A DNA stretch of 57,759 nt from an uncultured archaeon (GTDB taxonomy: Archaea; Asgardarchaeota; Heimdallarchaeia; Heimdallarchaeales; Kariarchaeaceae), in NCBI GenBank assembly GCA_964645535.1, contig CAZYCQ010000002.1:63851-121609 (forward strand), in the 5' to 3' direction. Each line of letters starts with the position of its first letter. The first letter of the stretch is position 1. Below are positions 29,094-38,945 of the stretch, piece by piece. The position numbers and the translations under genes are program-made. The notes beneath the pieces were generated by a model. The model was not told where the DNA came from, did no database searches, and saw only the letters and a list, made by a program, of their open reading frames with translations.

Positions 29094-29714
29094 TTATTTG
29101 TTTTGTGTGACTTGAATAAAGGAATCTCTATGGAATTGGATCTCAATCTCTTCTGAAGATTTCTGTTTTGCTTCAAGACTGAGGTAGGTTTTGGTATCCA
29201 ATGGTCGGTTATGGAAGAGGTGTTGAAGATCATCTTTAGATGTGTGCAACTCGATGTTGTATGGGCTGATGGTCTTGACCATTCGATGAGGAACGAGCAT
29301 GCGTTCGGAGGAAAAGCCCAATTTTGAGAGGTATGAACGAAGCCCACCGCCACCGATAATGAAGGAAACCTTTCTGTCCTTATGGAAAATCACATCAAGG
29401 ATCTGACCCACATTTTCTCCTTGGGCATCAAATACCTGCTTTGTTCGGAGCGTGGTGAAAGAAAGACCTTGTGGCTCTTCCTTTTCAAGAGTTCTCACAT
29501 ATTTTTTGGGCACTTTCAGCCGAACTTTGCCCTCTACCTCAAGGATTTGTTCAGGTTTGATGAAAAACACATCCTTTCCTTTACGTGAGACGAAGTATTT
29601 CAGAGAAAAATCGGGATCAAGGATGAAATCGAAAATCCTTCCAAGATCCTGACCATCAAAATCGATCACCTGGCGGTGTTCCATGTCCTCATAGAGCTCG
29701 GGTTCGCTTGACAT
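29094..29714 (-). CDS. Tandem PRC-barrel domain protein
   Basis: Two repeats: QVIDFDGQDLGRIFDFILD and QVFDAQGENVGQILDVIFH. Confidence 0.8.
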   Translation of the reverse strand: MSSEPELYEDMEHRQVIDFDGQDLGRIFDFILDPDFSLKYFVSRKGKDVFFIKPEQILEVEGKVRLKVPKKYVRTLEKEEPQGLSFTTLRTKQVFDAQGENVGQILDVIFHKDRKVSFIIGGGGLRSYLSKLGFSSERMLVPHRMVKTISPYNIELHTSKDDLQHLFHNRPLDTKTYLSLEAKQKSSEEIEIQFHRDSFIQVTQNK

Positions 29715-29928
29715 CGTATATAATTCGTCATTGAATAAGATAAATCTTTTCCCTTGTTGGGTAGCAGCGATGAAGCTGTAATAATTTCTGATCTTTTTGT
29801 GTGCGACGGCAGTCCATTTTTTTGTCGTTGGGTCGTGAAAATCAGTCCAACCTATGAAGTCATGTTTTTTTTTTGGAATTTGAGAGATCCAAGGGAAGAA
29901 GGATAACCAAATGACAGAGAAAGGTTAT

Positions 29929-30351
29929 TCAATCGAAATGGAGAATGTTTAGACCAATTTCTTCAGAATGGATACGTTGGATCGAGAGATCAAAGGCTTG
30001 GATGGTTATTTCAAGGGTAGGGCCAACTACTCCCTCCTGGAGATGACCGGAAATTGTTGAGAAATCCCGTCTTCCAAGAACGACGTGCGGGTGGACGTAA
30101 GGGGTTCCATCCTTCACGGTGATGTTGCCGGTTAGGGAGGTAACTTCCATCGGTTCTGCAAAGACCTTTTCCACAAATGTCTTTTCCTTTTGGTTGAAAT
30201 ACCTGAGAGTTGCTTCTTTAACAGCTCCAACTGCCATGAGTGTCCCACTAGGGATAAATTGATCCTCAAGGAATGCCAAAAGGGTTTCCATGATTTTTTC
30301 ATCAGGATCCAATCTGAGGAAAAAGATTGATCCATTTCCTTTGAATTCCAT
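29929..30351 (-). CDS. PPC domain (DUF296) protein
   Basis: LRLDPDE, VGAVK, EVTSLTGNI, HPHVVLG, GHL. Confidence 0.9.
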   Translation of the reverse strand: MEFKGNGSIFFLRLDPDEKIMETLLAFLEDQFIPSGTLMAVGAVKEATLRYFNQKEKTFVEKVFAEPMEVTSLTGNITVKDGTPYVHPHVVLGRRDFSTISGHLQEGVVGPTLEITIQAFDLSIQRIHSEEIGLNILHFD

Positions 30352-30463
30352 AAGTAAGTCTCTTCTTTGAGATTATTAATATTTCTTGAAGAGAGTTTGG
30401 GGATGGCTGTAGTGAAATTGGTGCTTCCGATAGCCTTTAACTCAGTGAAGGCGTTATCAGTAT

Positions 30464-31498
30464 GTGGAAATTGGAATCGACAGCTTTGCAGCAGCCAAAA
30501 ACGAGAGCGGGAATGCCAATGTTCAGGCGATACAGGAAGTGATTGAACGAATTGTTGAAGCAGATCGGAGCGGTCTTCACTTTTTTGGCTTAGGGGAACA
30601 TCATAGACCCGAGTTCTTGGATTCAGCAGCCCACATGATACTTGCGGCAGCATCCCAACAAACCTCCAAAATCAGGCTTGGAAGTGCAGTGGTGGTGTTA
30701 AGCGCCGCAGACCCTGTCAGGGTTTTCCAAAATTACGCCACCTTGGATTTATTGACCAATGGCAGGGCAGAGATTGTTGTAGGAAGGGGTTCCTTCACGG
30801 AGGCGTTTCCCCTATTTGGCTACTCACTGCATGACTATGATGCCTTATTTGATGAAAAATTGGATCTTCTATTGAAAATACGTAAGAATGAAAGAGTGAC
30901 ATGGTCAGGAAGGTTCAGACCACCTTTGAATGATCAGCCAATTTATCCGAGACCTATCCAAGAGTCACTTCCTATTTGGGTAGGGGTTGGAGGAACTCCA
31001 GCGTCATTCCAGAGGGCTGCACGATTTGGGTTACCCTTAATGGTTGCCATTATTGGAGGCGAGACTCGACGGTTCAGACCTTTGGTAAATCTATATAGAA
31101 ACGAGTTCATGGCATCAGGTCATTCCCAAAAGTTCCTTAAGGTGGGAGTGCATTCACAGGGATATGTGGCTGAAACCACTGAAGATGCCATTCGGGATTA
31201 CTATCCAGGATATAAGGAGATGTTCGACCGGATTGGACGGGAACGGGGATGGCCTCCTGTAACCATGGACAGGTTCCTCTTTCAGGCAGGACCGACAGGG
31301 GCGTATTTGATTGGCGATCCTCAAACAGTTGCGGAGAAGATCGTTCGTCATAGTAGATCCCTTGGAGGGGTTGTCAGATATACTTTCATGATGGATAATG
31401 CTGGTTTATCTCAGGAGCAGATTCTGAATTCGATTAGATTGATAGGAAAGGAAGTTATCCCGATGGTTCATGATTTGCTTGAGGAAAATGAGCCTTAG
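30464..31498 (+). CDS. Luciferase-like (LLM) flavin-dependent oxidoreductase
   Basis: GLGEHH, IRLGSAVVVLSAADPVRVFQ, GRGSF, GVGGTP. Confidence 0.92.
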   Translation: MEIGIDSFAAAKNESGNANVQAIQEVIERIVEADRSGLHFFGLGEHHRPEFLDSAAHMILAAASQQTSKIRLGSAVVVLSAADPVRVFQNYATLDLLTNGRAEIVVGRGSFTEAFPLFGYSLHDYDALFDEKLDLLLKIRKNERVTWSGRFRPPLNDQPIYPRPIQESLPIWVGVGGTPASFQRAARFGLPLMVAIIGGETRRFRPLVNLYRNEFMASGHSQKFLKVGVHSQGYVAETTEDAIRDYYPGYKEMFDRIGRERGWPPVTMDRFLFQAGPTGAYLIGDPQTVAEKIVRHSRSLGGVVRYTFMMDNAGLSQEQILNSIRLIGKEVIPMVHDLLEENEP

Positions 31499-32859
31499 TG
31501 TTTACCTTTGCTGGAGAGGTTGAAATGACTAACTCGAATTGATGGCAGGATTGCAGATCCACCAAAAAATCCAGCCACTTGCTTGGGATTGTTGCCGGGT
31601 TCTGTGTCCTTGAAGATAGCCTGTAAGGAATCAGTCCATCTGAAGTTCTTGAGTGAATGGACAATTTCCCCATTTTTGATGCGGAAAAGCCCGTCTCTTG
31701 TTAAACCAGTACAAATCCCCTGTGGAGGATTGACAAAATTGTTGTAGAAAAGGTTAGAGATATAGATTCCGTCATCAACCGAGGCGATCAGATCTTCTTC
31801 GGATTTAGAACCGGTCTTGATGGTGGTGGCAGTAAAGAGGGGCATTTCACCCTGAAACCCTTGGAAATTTCTTCCATTTGATTCGACACCCAGCTTTTTG
31901 GCATTTCGGAGGTTGTAGGCGAAATCCTTCAGGACACCTTCTTCTATGTAGACAATGGGATTAGTCGCAACAAGCTCTGAATCAAAATTTCTTGCGCCGA
32001 GGTGATCAGGGTTGAGAGTGTCGTCAATTGCGGTCAAACGGGAATCAAATATCTGTTCACCCAGTTTGTCCTTAAGAAAACTTGAATGGGTGATCAATCC
32101 TTCTGAAGAAGTGGCAAAGGCGACAAAGAACCAGAGTGCACTGAAAGCCAAGGGAGAAAGGACGGCCTCATATGCACCAATTTCCATCTCTTGTTGGTTC
32201 AGCCCCTTGACAGCACGGGAGGCAATCTGTTCCGCCTCCTCCGGGAGTTTCAATGCATCAATGGTTCTTCCCGCAATTCGTCCAGTCGATCGCGATTCAC
32301 CCGTTCCTTCTGTTGCGGCAACATTGATGACAGATGTAAGCCAACTATTTCCACGATATCCAGAAACCCCATTCGTGTTCATCATCAGCAAATGGCTTTT
32401 GACGAACCGTAGGTTGCCTGCTACGGCAGAAATCTTTGAATCTGTGTTTTTTGCGGTTTCAACAATGCTTTGAACCCCTGAGGCAATGTCTTCAGGGTCG
32501 AAATCATTGATCGGAACCTTCAGATCGGGAAATTCCATTTGATCCGAAATGAAGCCGGGAAATTCCGTATCATCCTCCGATTTCTTGGTCAGCAGAAGCG
32601 CATCTTCGAGCATGGAATCTATGTTCCGTTCATTCGGATTGGATCCCTGATAGCCGCTTACCTTCTGTCCAATCTGTGTTTTCAGGAAAAATCCAGTGCT
32701 GGTCTCATAGACATTCTGTGTGATATGGTTTTCACCGAATCGGGTACCTATATCCTCACTTGTGAAGACATTGACATGCGCATGGTCGGCACCCATCTGC
32801 TTTGCCTTATCCAAAATCATTTTTGCAAGTTCTTCAAGTCGTTCCTTTGTTTCTGTCAT
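31495..32859 (-). CDS. pmbA: PmbA/TldE family protein
   Basis: Downstream of tldD; FDSE, GLTRDG; lacks HExxxH; ATG at 32859 has a GGGGTGA Shine-Dalgarno. Confidence 0.85.
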   Translation of the reverse strand: MTETKERLEELAKMILDKAKQMGADHAHVNVFTSEDIGTRFGENHITQNVYETSTGFFLKTQIGQKVSGYQGSNPNERNIDSMLEDALLLTKKSEDDTEFPGFISDQMEFPDLKVPINDFDPEDIASGVQSIVETAKNTDSKISAVAGNLRFVKSHLLMMNTNGVSGYRGNSWLTSVINVAATEGTGESRSTGRIAGRTIDALKLPEEAEQIASRAVKGLNQQEMEIGAYEAVLSPLAFSALWFFVAFATSSEGLITHSSFLKDKLGEQIFDSRLTAIDDTLNPDHLGARNFDSELVATNPIVYIEEGVLKDFAYNLRNAKKLGVESNGRNFQGFQGEMPLFTATTIKTGSKSEEDLIASVDDGIYISNLFYNNFVNPPQGICTGLTRDGLFRIKNGEIVHSLKNFRWTDSLQAIFKDTEPGNNPKQVAGFFGGSAILPSIRVSHFNLSSKGKH

Positions 32860-32863
32860 CTTT

Positions 32864-34327
32864 TCACCCCTTAATTCCCATGTGGACATTTTCAAATCTT
32901 CCCCAAGGCCCTCCATGGCTGACGATCCCCACCTGCATTACGGGAGAGCCTTTTCCACAATATGGTAGCCCATAAATCTCGGTTTCCCGAGTCAGACCGG
33001 AAGTTGCACCCCAAAATTCAGGAGTAATGGCCTGATAGGTTACGTCCCGCAAGGTTTTGGTGATTTCACCATTTTCGATCCGATACCCGATTTGGGTATT
33101 GAACTGGAAGTTTAACCGTTTGTCGTCGATGGAATGACTTTTCCAGTTGATGGCAAGGATGCCATCCTTGGTATCCTCAATCAGCTCATCGATATTCTTG
33201 AAAGAACCATCCTGATCAACTTTTGGAGCTTCAAGAAAGAGGTTGTTCATTCGAATTATGGGAATGTTGTTGTAGTTTTCTGCACGGGAGTTCCCGGAGG
33301 AACGTTCAAGACCCAGAAGTGCGGCATGCTCCCTATCGCTTTCATAACCTACGAAAATCCCTTCTTTTATTACGGGTACAGGACGTGCCAGCACTCCCTC
33401 ATCATCATACTTGAAATGCCCCAGAACATCAGGCATTGATGGATCCTGTGTGATATTGACAAGTTCGTTTCCGTATTTCAGGGAGTTGAGCTTATCTGGG
33501 GTCAACCATGAGGTGCCTGCAAAATCTGCTTCATATCCTAGCACCCTATCCAATTCAGCAGGATGACCGCAACTTTCATGGATTGTAAGACCAAGTTGAT
33601 AAGGTTCAAGGATGAGGGTGCCTTTGAAATCCTTTGGGCAGTCCTCAGCAGTTGTAACCAGTTCGGTTGCCTCTTTGTTGACCTGTTCAGCTTTGGCAAT
33701 GGGATCAAACATTTCAACCGCTTCCCATCCCCTTGTCATGAAGTTCTGCAATGTTCTCTGCTGCGTATGGGGAGGAGATACCGCAACACCATTGACAAAG
33801 GCACCAGTAAAAAGGATCCTTTGTGTGATGTCATTGCCATCCGAACTATAGAAATGAACAAGTTGATCCCTTGCACGATAATAGGTATTTGCCATCCTTA
33901 TGACTGGACTTCCTTCGATTGTTCTCTTGTTGGCTTCCAAAAGAACCTCTGCTTTTTCCTCAAAGTCCATTTCTAGAGGGTCTTTGTCTATACGAACACT
34001 ATAACGATCCTTGTAGACAGGTTCGGGGACGAGGTCGACCTGTTTGGGACGAGGCACCATTGCAGACGCGCGAACCACTTTCCAAGCAGCCTCAGCGGCT
34101 CGCAGAATTCCATCTTTGGTCAAATCATCAGTGGCCGCAAAACCCCATGCATTGTTCGCCCTTACACGAATTCCAACTCCTTCAGTCTGCCTCCTGCCAG
34201 AATTGAACTGTTGTCCGTTTCTAAACGAAATTGTCTCTTCCCTGTGACGAACAAACCGAATTTGTGCCAAGGTAAATCCTGGCCGATCTCCAAGAAGTTT
34301 GAATACTTCATTAGCCAAATCTTCCAT
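32864..34327 (-). CDS. tldD: TldD family metalloprotease
   Basis: GVGIRV, HESCGH, YDDEG, RMNN, CGKG. Confidence 0.92.
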   Translation of the reverse strand: MEDLANEVFKLLGDRPGFTLAQIRFVRHREETISFRNGQQFNSGRRQTEGVGIRVRANNAWGFAATDDLTKDGILRAAEAAWKVVRASAMVPRPKQVDLVPEPVYKDRYSVRIDKDPLEMDFEEKAEVLLEANKRTIEGSPVIRMANTYYRARDQLVHFYSSDGNDITQRILFTGAFVNGVAVSPPHTQQRTLQNFMTRGWEAVEMFDPIAKAEQVNKEATELVTTAEDCPKDFKGTLILEPYQLGLTIHESCGHPAELDRVLGYEADFAGTSWLTPDKLNSLKYGNELVNITQDPSMPDVLGHFKYDDEGVLARPVPVIKEGIFVGYESDREHAALLGLERSSGNSRAENYNNIPIIRMNNLFLEAPKVDQDGSFKNIDELIEDTKDGILAINWKSHSIDDKRLNFQFNTQIGYRIENGEITKTLRDVTYQAITPEFWGATSGLTRETEIYGLPYCGKGSPVMQVGIVSHGGPWGRFENVHMGIKG

Positions 34328-34386
34328 AGGAGAAGGTTTGGGTCACGGGATATAAAGGATAAGGATGCCCCAATGAGCAACCCCCC

Positions 34387-34410
34387 ACGATTAAGGGAAA
34401 TTTTAATCGT
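34387..34410. promoter_or_regulatory. Perfect 8-bp inverted repeat (candidate operator) in the divergent tldD/methyltransferase promoter region
   Basis: ACGATTAA-N8-TTAATCGT. Confidence 0.4.
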
Positions 34411-34458
34411 AAGTTTCCTTTTACTGACCAATGCCAAGGGATTTTAACGTTAAGAAGA

Positions 34459-35292
34459 ATGATTATGAGAGTGAAACCCAAGCGATTACCGGTTGTGACC
34501 AACAAAACCCTTGCCATTCTTCGCGAACACCTGGAAGAAGATGGACAAGTAGAGATCTCTCTTGATCTGGGGTTATCACAAACAGTGGTTGAAATCAAGA
34601 ACAAAGAGGTGATTCTGCCGTCAGGGGAAAAATTCACCATACCGGCTTCGTTTGATCCAAAGAACAACGTCTGTTACTTCATCAAGGGAGGTCAGCTTTT
34701 TCCCTTGCAGATGTTTGACCCTGAACGCAATTTTGCATATCAACTTGCACCGACAAGCTTTCGCCCCATATTGAGAATCTCAGCCACCCAGATGCACAAA
34801 AAACCTTTCTTGGATAGGCTGGAAAAGGAAAGGCTCACCGGAAGCGTTCTTGATGGAGGCACTGGACTGGGATACAGTGCAATCATTGCATCCCGGACAG
34901 CATCAGAGGTCATCACCATTGAATGGGATCCAAACGTAATTGAAATGGCAACATATAATCCCCATTCAGCAACCCTTTTTGAGGCTGAAAACATTAAGCT
35001 TATTCAGGGAGACATTACAACAGAAATCAAACAATTTGAAAACCAACGGTTTGACAACATCATCCAAGATGGAGGAATGCCGAAAAGCTCAGGGAGGTTC
35101 TTCTCACAATCACATGCCCATCAACTTTTCAGAGTTCTGAAACGGGGAGGACGGTTGTTCTTCTATCTTCCGAGAAAGGGGATAAAAAGCGGGAGGGATT
35201 TCGGGAGGGAACAGGTGATTCGCATGCGGAATGCAGGATTCAAATTGATTGAAAGGGACATTGATGGATCCTATGCGATATTTCGCAAATGA
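34459..35292 (+). CDS. Archaeal-type SAM-dependent methyltransferase
   Basis: ISLDLG, ISATQMH, motif I VLDGGTGLGY, IEWDPNV, QGD, RVLKRGG. Confidence 0.85.
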   Translation: MIMRVKPKRLPVVTNKTLAILREHLEEDGQVEISLDLGLSQTVVEIKNKEVILPSGEKFTIPASFDPKNNVCYFIKGGQLFPLQMFDPERNFAYQLAPTSFRPILRISATQMHKKPFLDRLEKERLTGSVLDGGTGLGYSAIIASRTASEVITIEWDPNVIEMATYNPHSATLFEAENIKLIQGDITTEIKQFENQRFDNIIQDGGMPKSSGRFFSQSHAHQLFRVLKRGGRLFFYLPRKGIKSGRDFGREQVIRMRNAGFKLIERDIDGSYAIFRK

Positions 35293-35358
35293 AATTTTAC
35301 TTTCAATTACCCCTCTCTCATCTTAAATAGCTCAGAATTAAACTACACATGGTCGAAA

Positions 35359-36846
35359 ATGAGCCTAGGCGTCGTAGTGGCTACTGAAACCAGTCCAACT
35401 CCAAATATCTTCCATTTTGTGATTTCTGAGGAAAACGCCAGATCAGTGGCAGAAAATGGGACATTTGTCCAGATTCGAAACAAGGACAATTCCTTGACAT
35501 TGGGCATGATTCAGACATTGAGACGAACCAACAGGTACTTTTCATCCACGGACGTCATTCATGGCTCTTCATCCGGTTTGGCACCACCCCAGCTATTCCC
35601 AGCAGAAAAATGGGACTACATCATTGCAGAAACAAAAGTGCTAGGAGTGTATAAGGAAGGATTGCAACAAAGATCCACAAAACCGGTACTTCCAGGTTCG
35701 GAGGTGGATCTGACAGATCCCAAGATACTTGAAAGGTTTTTGGGTCTTGATCCCTCAGGACTCCATATTGGAAGTCTCAAACAGATGCAAGTGCCAGCAA
35801 GAATAGGTATTGATAGACTACTCCAAAAGCATCTTGCCATTTTAAGTATTTCAGGCGGAGGAAAATCCTATACCACCTCAGTAATCATTGAGGAATTGCT
35901 ACGACGGAGACCCGAAGAAGGACGACCGGCATTGGTGATGTTCGATGTGCATGGAGAGTTTGGGGGGTTGGAAGCCATCAACTCAAATCCCAAATTCAGG
36001 AATGCCAAGGTAAAGGTAATCGACGCAACTTCACTGAAACTTGCCACAGCCTATCTGAAAAGCAGTGATTTCATGGCTTTGCAACCCACCATGAGCCCAG
36101 CCCAAGCAAGAGAGCTGAGTAGAGCCATCAGTTTGCAGAAGAGAGCTAACAAACCCCTGACTATAGGATCACTTAAGCAGCAGGTGGGAGCAATGGAGAT
36201 GAATAATCTAGTCCAAGAGGCACTTCTTGGATGGTTGGGCGTTCTTGAAAATCTTGGGTTTTTCAGCTATTACGAAGATCCAGACCTGGAAACTACACTT
36301 GAACCGGGAACACTTCTCATCCTTGATCTTTCAAGCATCATTTCCCTATGGTCCAAACAGGTCGTTGTCTATTACTTCCTGAAACGGATATTTGAACTAC
36401 GGAGGGAACGAAGGATTCCCCCAACGGTTACTTTCATTGAGGAAGCCCATCAATTCTGTCCTGAAACAACAGTTTCTCCAACCAAGAAAATCATTGAAAC
36501 CATTGCACGTGAAGGAAGAAAGTTCCTATGTTCTTTGGTTCTGATTTCTCAACGACCGGTCAATCTCTCCACAACAGCTCTCTCTCAATGCAATTCCCAC
36601 CTGATCATGCGGATACTAAACCCACATGACCTCAATTACATCGCGAAAACCTCAGAAGGAATCACCAAGGAAACTCTTGATACAATCACATCCTTGGGAG
36701 TGGGGGAAGGGTTGCTTACAGGAAATGCGGTCAACTACCCGATTTTCGTCCAAATAAGAAAGAAACTGACAAGTGCTTCGTTTGATGAGATATCCTTGGC
36801 TAGAGAAAGCCTAAGATATGAGAAGCTCTATTCAGAGATGGAATGA
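35359..36846 (+). CDS. herA: HerA-like ATPase/helicase (HAS barrel plus FtsK/HerA domain)
   Basis: N-terminal barrel, KHLAILSISGGGKS, FDVHGE, IEEAHQF, AREGRKF, ISQRP. Confidence 0.85.
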   Translation: MSLGVVVATETSPTPNIFHFVISEENARSVAENGTFVQIRNKDNSLTLGMIQTLRRTNRYFSSTDVIHGSSSGLAPPQLFPAEKWDYIIAETKVLGVYKEGLQQRSTKPVLPGSEVDLTDPKILERFLGLDPSGLHIGSLKQMQVPARIGIDRLLQKHLAILSISGGGKSYTTSVIIEELLRRRPEEGRPALVMFDVHGEFGGLEAINSNPKFRNAKVKVIDATSLKLATAYLKSSDFMALQPTMSPAQARELSRAISLQKRANKPLTIGSLKQQVGAMEMNNLVQEALLGWLGVLENLGFFSYYEDPDLETTLEPGTLLILDLSSIISLWSKQVVVYYFLKRIFELRRERRIPPTVTFIEEAHQFCPETTVSPTKKIIETIAREGRKFLCSLVLISQRPVNLSTTALSQCNSHLIMRILNPHDLNYIAKTSEGITKETLDTITSLGVGEGLLTGNAVNYPIFVQIRKKLTSASFDEISLARESLRYEKLYSEME

Positions 36847-36849
36847 CGT

Positions 36850-38763
36850 TCATTTCCGTTTGAAACGAGATCTGCGGGTTTCACGCGCTTCCAAGGCATC
36901 ATTGAAACGTCTGCAAGCAAAGATGACGTCTGAGGCCACCTGACGAGGAATCCCCAATTTTTCCGAAAGGGTTTCAGAACTTTCTTTCGCTATGTTTGAA
37001 ACAGTCTTGTATTCCTTTATCAAGAGTTGCCTGCGTTTTTCCCCGATTCCAGGAATATCGTCCAAGATGCTTTTGAGACCTTCCTTCTCTCTTCTTTTCC
37101 GATGGTATGTCACAGCGAATCGATGCGCCTCATCCCTTCCGCTTCTCAGGAGCAACATGCCGGGACGGTTTTTCTTGAACTGAAGAGGGGGTTGGCTTGG
37201 ATCTACATACACTTCCTCAAACTTCTTTGCCAAACCGATAACAGGGATATTTCCAAGCCCCACATGATCTAGTGCATCTTTGGCTTTAGCTAGCTGGATC
37301 TGCCCACCGTCAATGACGATCAGATGCGGAAGTTCGAGTCCGAACTTATCAAGAGAACCATCATGGTCAGCATACCGCCGTTGAACCACTTCATACATGG
37401 ACGCAAAATCATCCTGTCCAATCACAGTCTTTACCTTAAATCTTCGATAGCCTTTCTTGTATGATTTGCCGTTAACGAAACGTACGCATGATCCAACAGT
37501 CTGGTTGCCTTGAAGGGTCGAAATGTCGAAAGTATCGATGATAGAGGGAGGAGTTGCAAATTGAAGCATCTCCTGCAAGTCAAGAACCCTTTTGGAGTAA
37601 GCCATAGTTCTTGCCTTGTCACTCTTCTGCCCGATGGCAAGTTGTCGACGTATATGATCAACCAAATTTTTCTCTGCCAAAAGAATGAGGGGCTTGTCTT
37701 TGGTTCGAGGCTTGACAACCCGATACCCGATGGTCTCAAGGGTTTCCTTTAATGAAGGGTAAGGGGTAGCATTCAAAACTCTCTTGATTTCACGGTTCAG
37801 GCTATGCATCCCGAGGATGTCCATGACACCCTGTTGGACGAAATTTTCGAAGGGATTTTCCTCGTTAGGATCCATGTCTTCTTTATACATGAATACCGGA
37901 GTCTGTTGCACCACTCTTTCATTGACCACCTTAAGAAGGTTGAAGCCAAATGCATCCTCAAGTTCCTTTGTGACGATGACAAAGGAATCGGGCATCTCAA
38001 CCACCACGTGTTGTGTCTGGAGTGTACGTTTCAAACCTGCAAGAATGTCCCGATATTCAGCAGCCTTTTCAAATTCCAAATTGGAAGCAGCCTGCTTCAT
38101 TTTACGTTCGACTTTCTTCATGATTGTGGGGATCCTCCCTTCCAGAAAATCGATGAGATTCTGAAGTTCCTCCTTGTAATGTTCAGGATCAACCTCGACT
38201 TCACAGGGTCGGAGACATGTCTTTGTCCGCCGTCTCATGCATGTCTTCGCCCAAGTTTCTGCATCGCCCAAATGGATTTCCTGGGCACAGTCAGCTACCG
38301 GAAACATTCTGAGCCCAAATTTCAGACTTTTCTTCAACGACTTTACATTGGGGAAGGGACCCAAATACAGGAAATCCCTGCGTTTTTGATCCCGTGTCAT
38401 TCTCACACGTGGAAATGTCTCTCCCACAGTGATTTCAAGAACAGGATAGGATTTTCCATCCTTCCAGTGTGTATTCAGTCTGGGTTGATGCTCCTGAATC
38501 AGATTGTATTCAAGAAGAAACGCTTCAGCCTCGTTGTTTACCTCGATGATTTCGATTTCTGTGCCCAATTGCCTGATGAATTGAGATTTTGAAAAATCAT
38601 TGGAGGGGGTAAAGTGGGAACGGAGTCGTTTGTGAAGATCCTTCGCCTTGCCGACGTAAATGATTTCCCCATACTTGTCTTTGATCAGATAGACTCCGGG
38701 AGCATGAGGCATGGATTTCAATTGCTGTTCAATCCGATCAGACGTTGAAGACATTAGATACAA
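36850..38763 (-). CDS. uvrC: Excinuclease ABC subunit C
   Basis: GIY-YIG PGVYL..IYVGKAK, four-Cys region, UVR domain LEFEKAAEYRD, FDIS, IDGG, RDEAHRFA, HhH GIGEKR. Confidence 0.95.
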   Translation of the reverse strand: MYLMSSTSDRIEQQLKSMPHAPGVYLIKDKYGEIIYVGKAKDLHKRLRSHFTPSNDFSKSQFIRQLGTEIEIIEVNNEAEAFLLEYNLIQEHQPRLNTHWKDGKSYPVLEITVGETFPRVRMTRDQKRRDFLYLGPFPNVKSLKKSLKFGLRMFPVADCAQEIHLGDAETWAKTCMRRRTKTCLRPCEVEVDPEHYKEELQNLIDFLEGRIPTIMKKVERKMKQAASNLEFEKAAEYRDILAGLKRTLQTQHVVVEMPDSFVIVTKELEDAFGFNLLKVVNERVVQQTPVFMYKEDMDPNEENPFENFVQQGVMDILGMHSLNREIKRVLNATPYPSLKETLETIGYRVVKPRTKDKPLILLAEKNLVDHIRRQLAIGQKSDKARTMAYSKRVLDLQEMLQFATPPSIIDTFDISTLQGNQTVGSCVRFVNGKSYKKGYRRFKVKTVIGQDDFASMYEVVQRRYADHDGSLDKFGLELPHLIVIDGGQIQLAKAKDALDHVGLGNIPVIGLAKKFEEVYVDPSQPPLQFKKNRPGMLLLRSGRDEAHRFAVTYHRKRREKEGLKSILDDIPGIGEKRRQLLIKEYKTVSNIAKESSETLSEKLGIPRQVASDVIFACRRFNDALEARETRRSRFKRK

Positions 38764-38945
38764 GCATAGATGGGCTTGAAATCAGATAAGCTTTTACACA
38801 TGGACACAAACATAGAGTAAAATAAAATTACTTATTAAGATTATTGATTGTAACAAATTCCATGTTTGTTCCCATAGAAAGAGTAACAATTTGGCAAACT
38901 TTATAATGTCATATCAGATATTCGAAAAATAAGGAGCTGATATTA

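Noticed and set aside
28341-29156. Long antisense ORFs (also 37804-38592 and 40685-41416)
   Set aside because: Lie opposite well-supported genes and carry no motifs
23067-31498. Integrated element at tRNA-Ser
   Set aside because: No integrase and no direct repeat of the tRNA 3' end seen in the window
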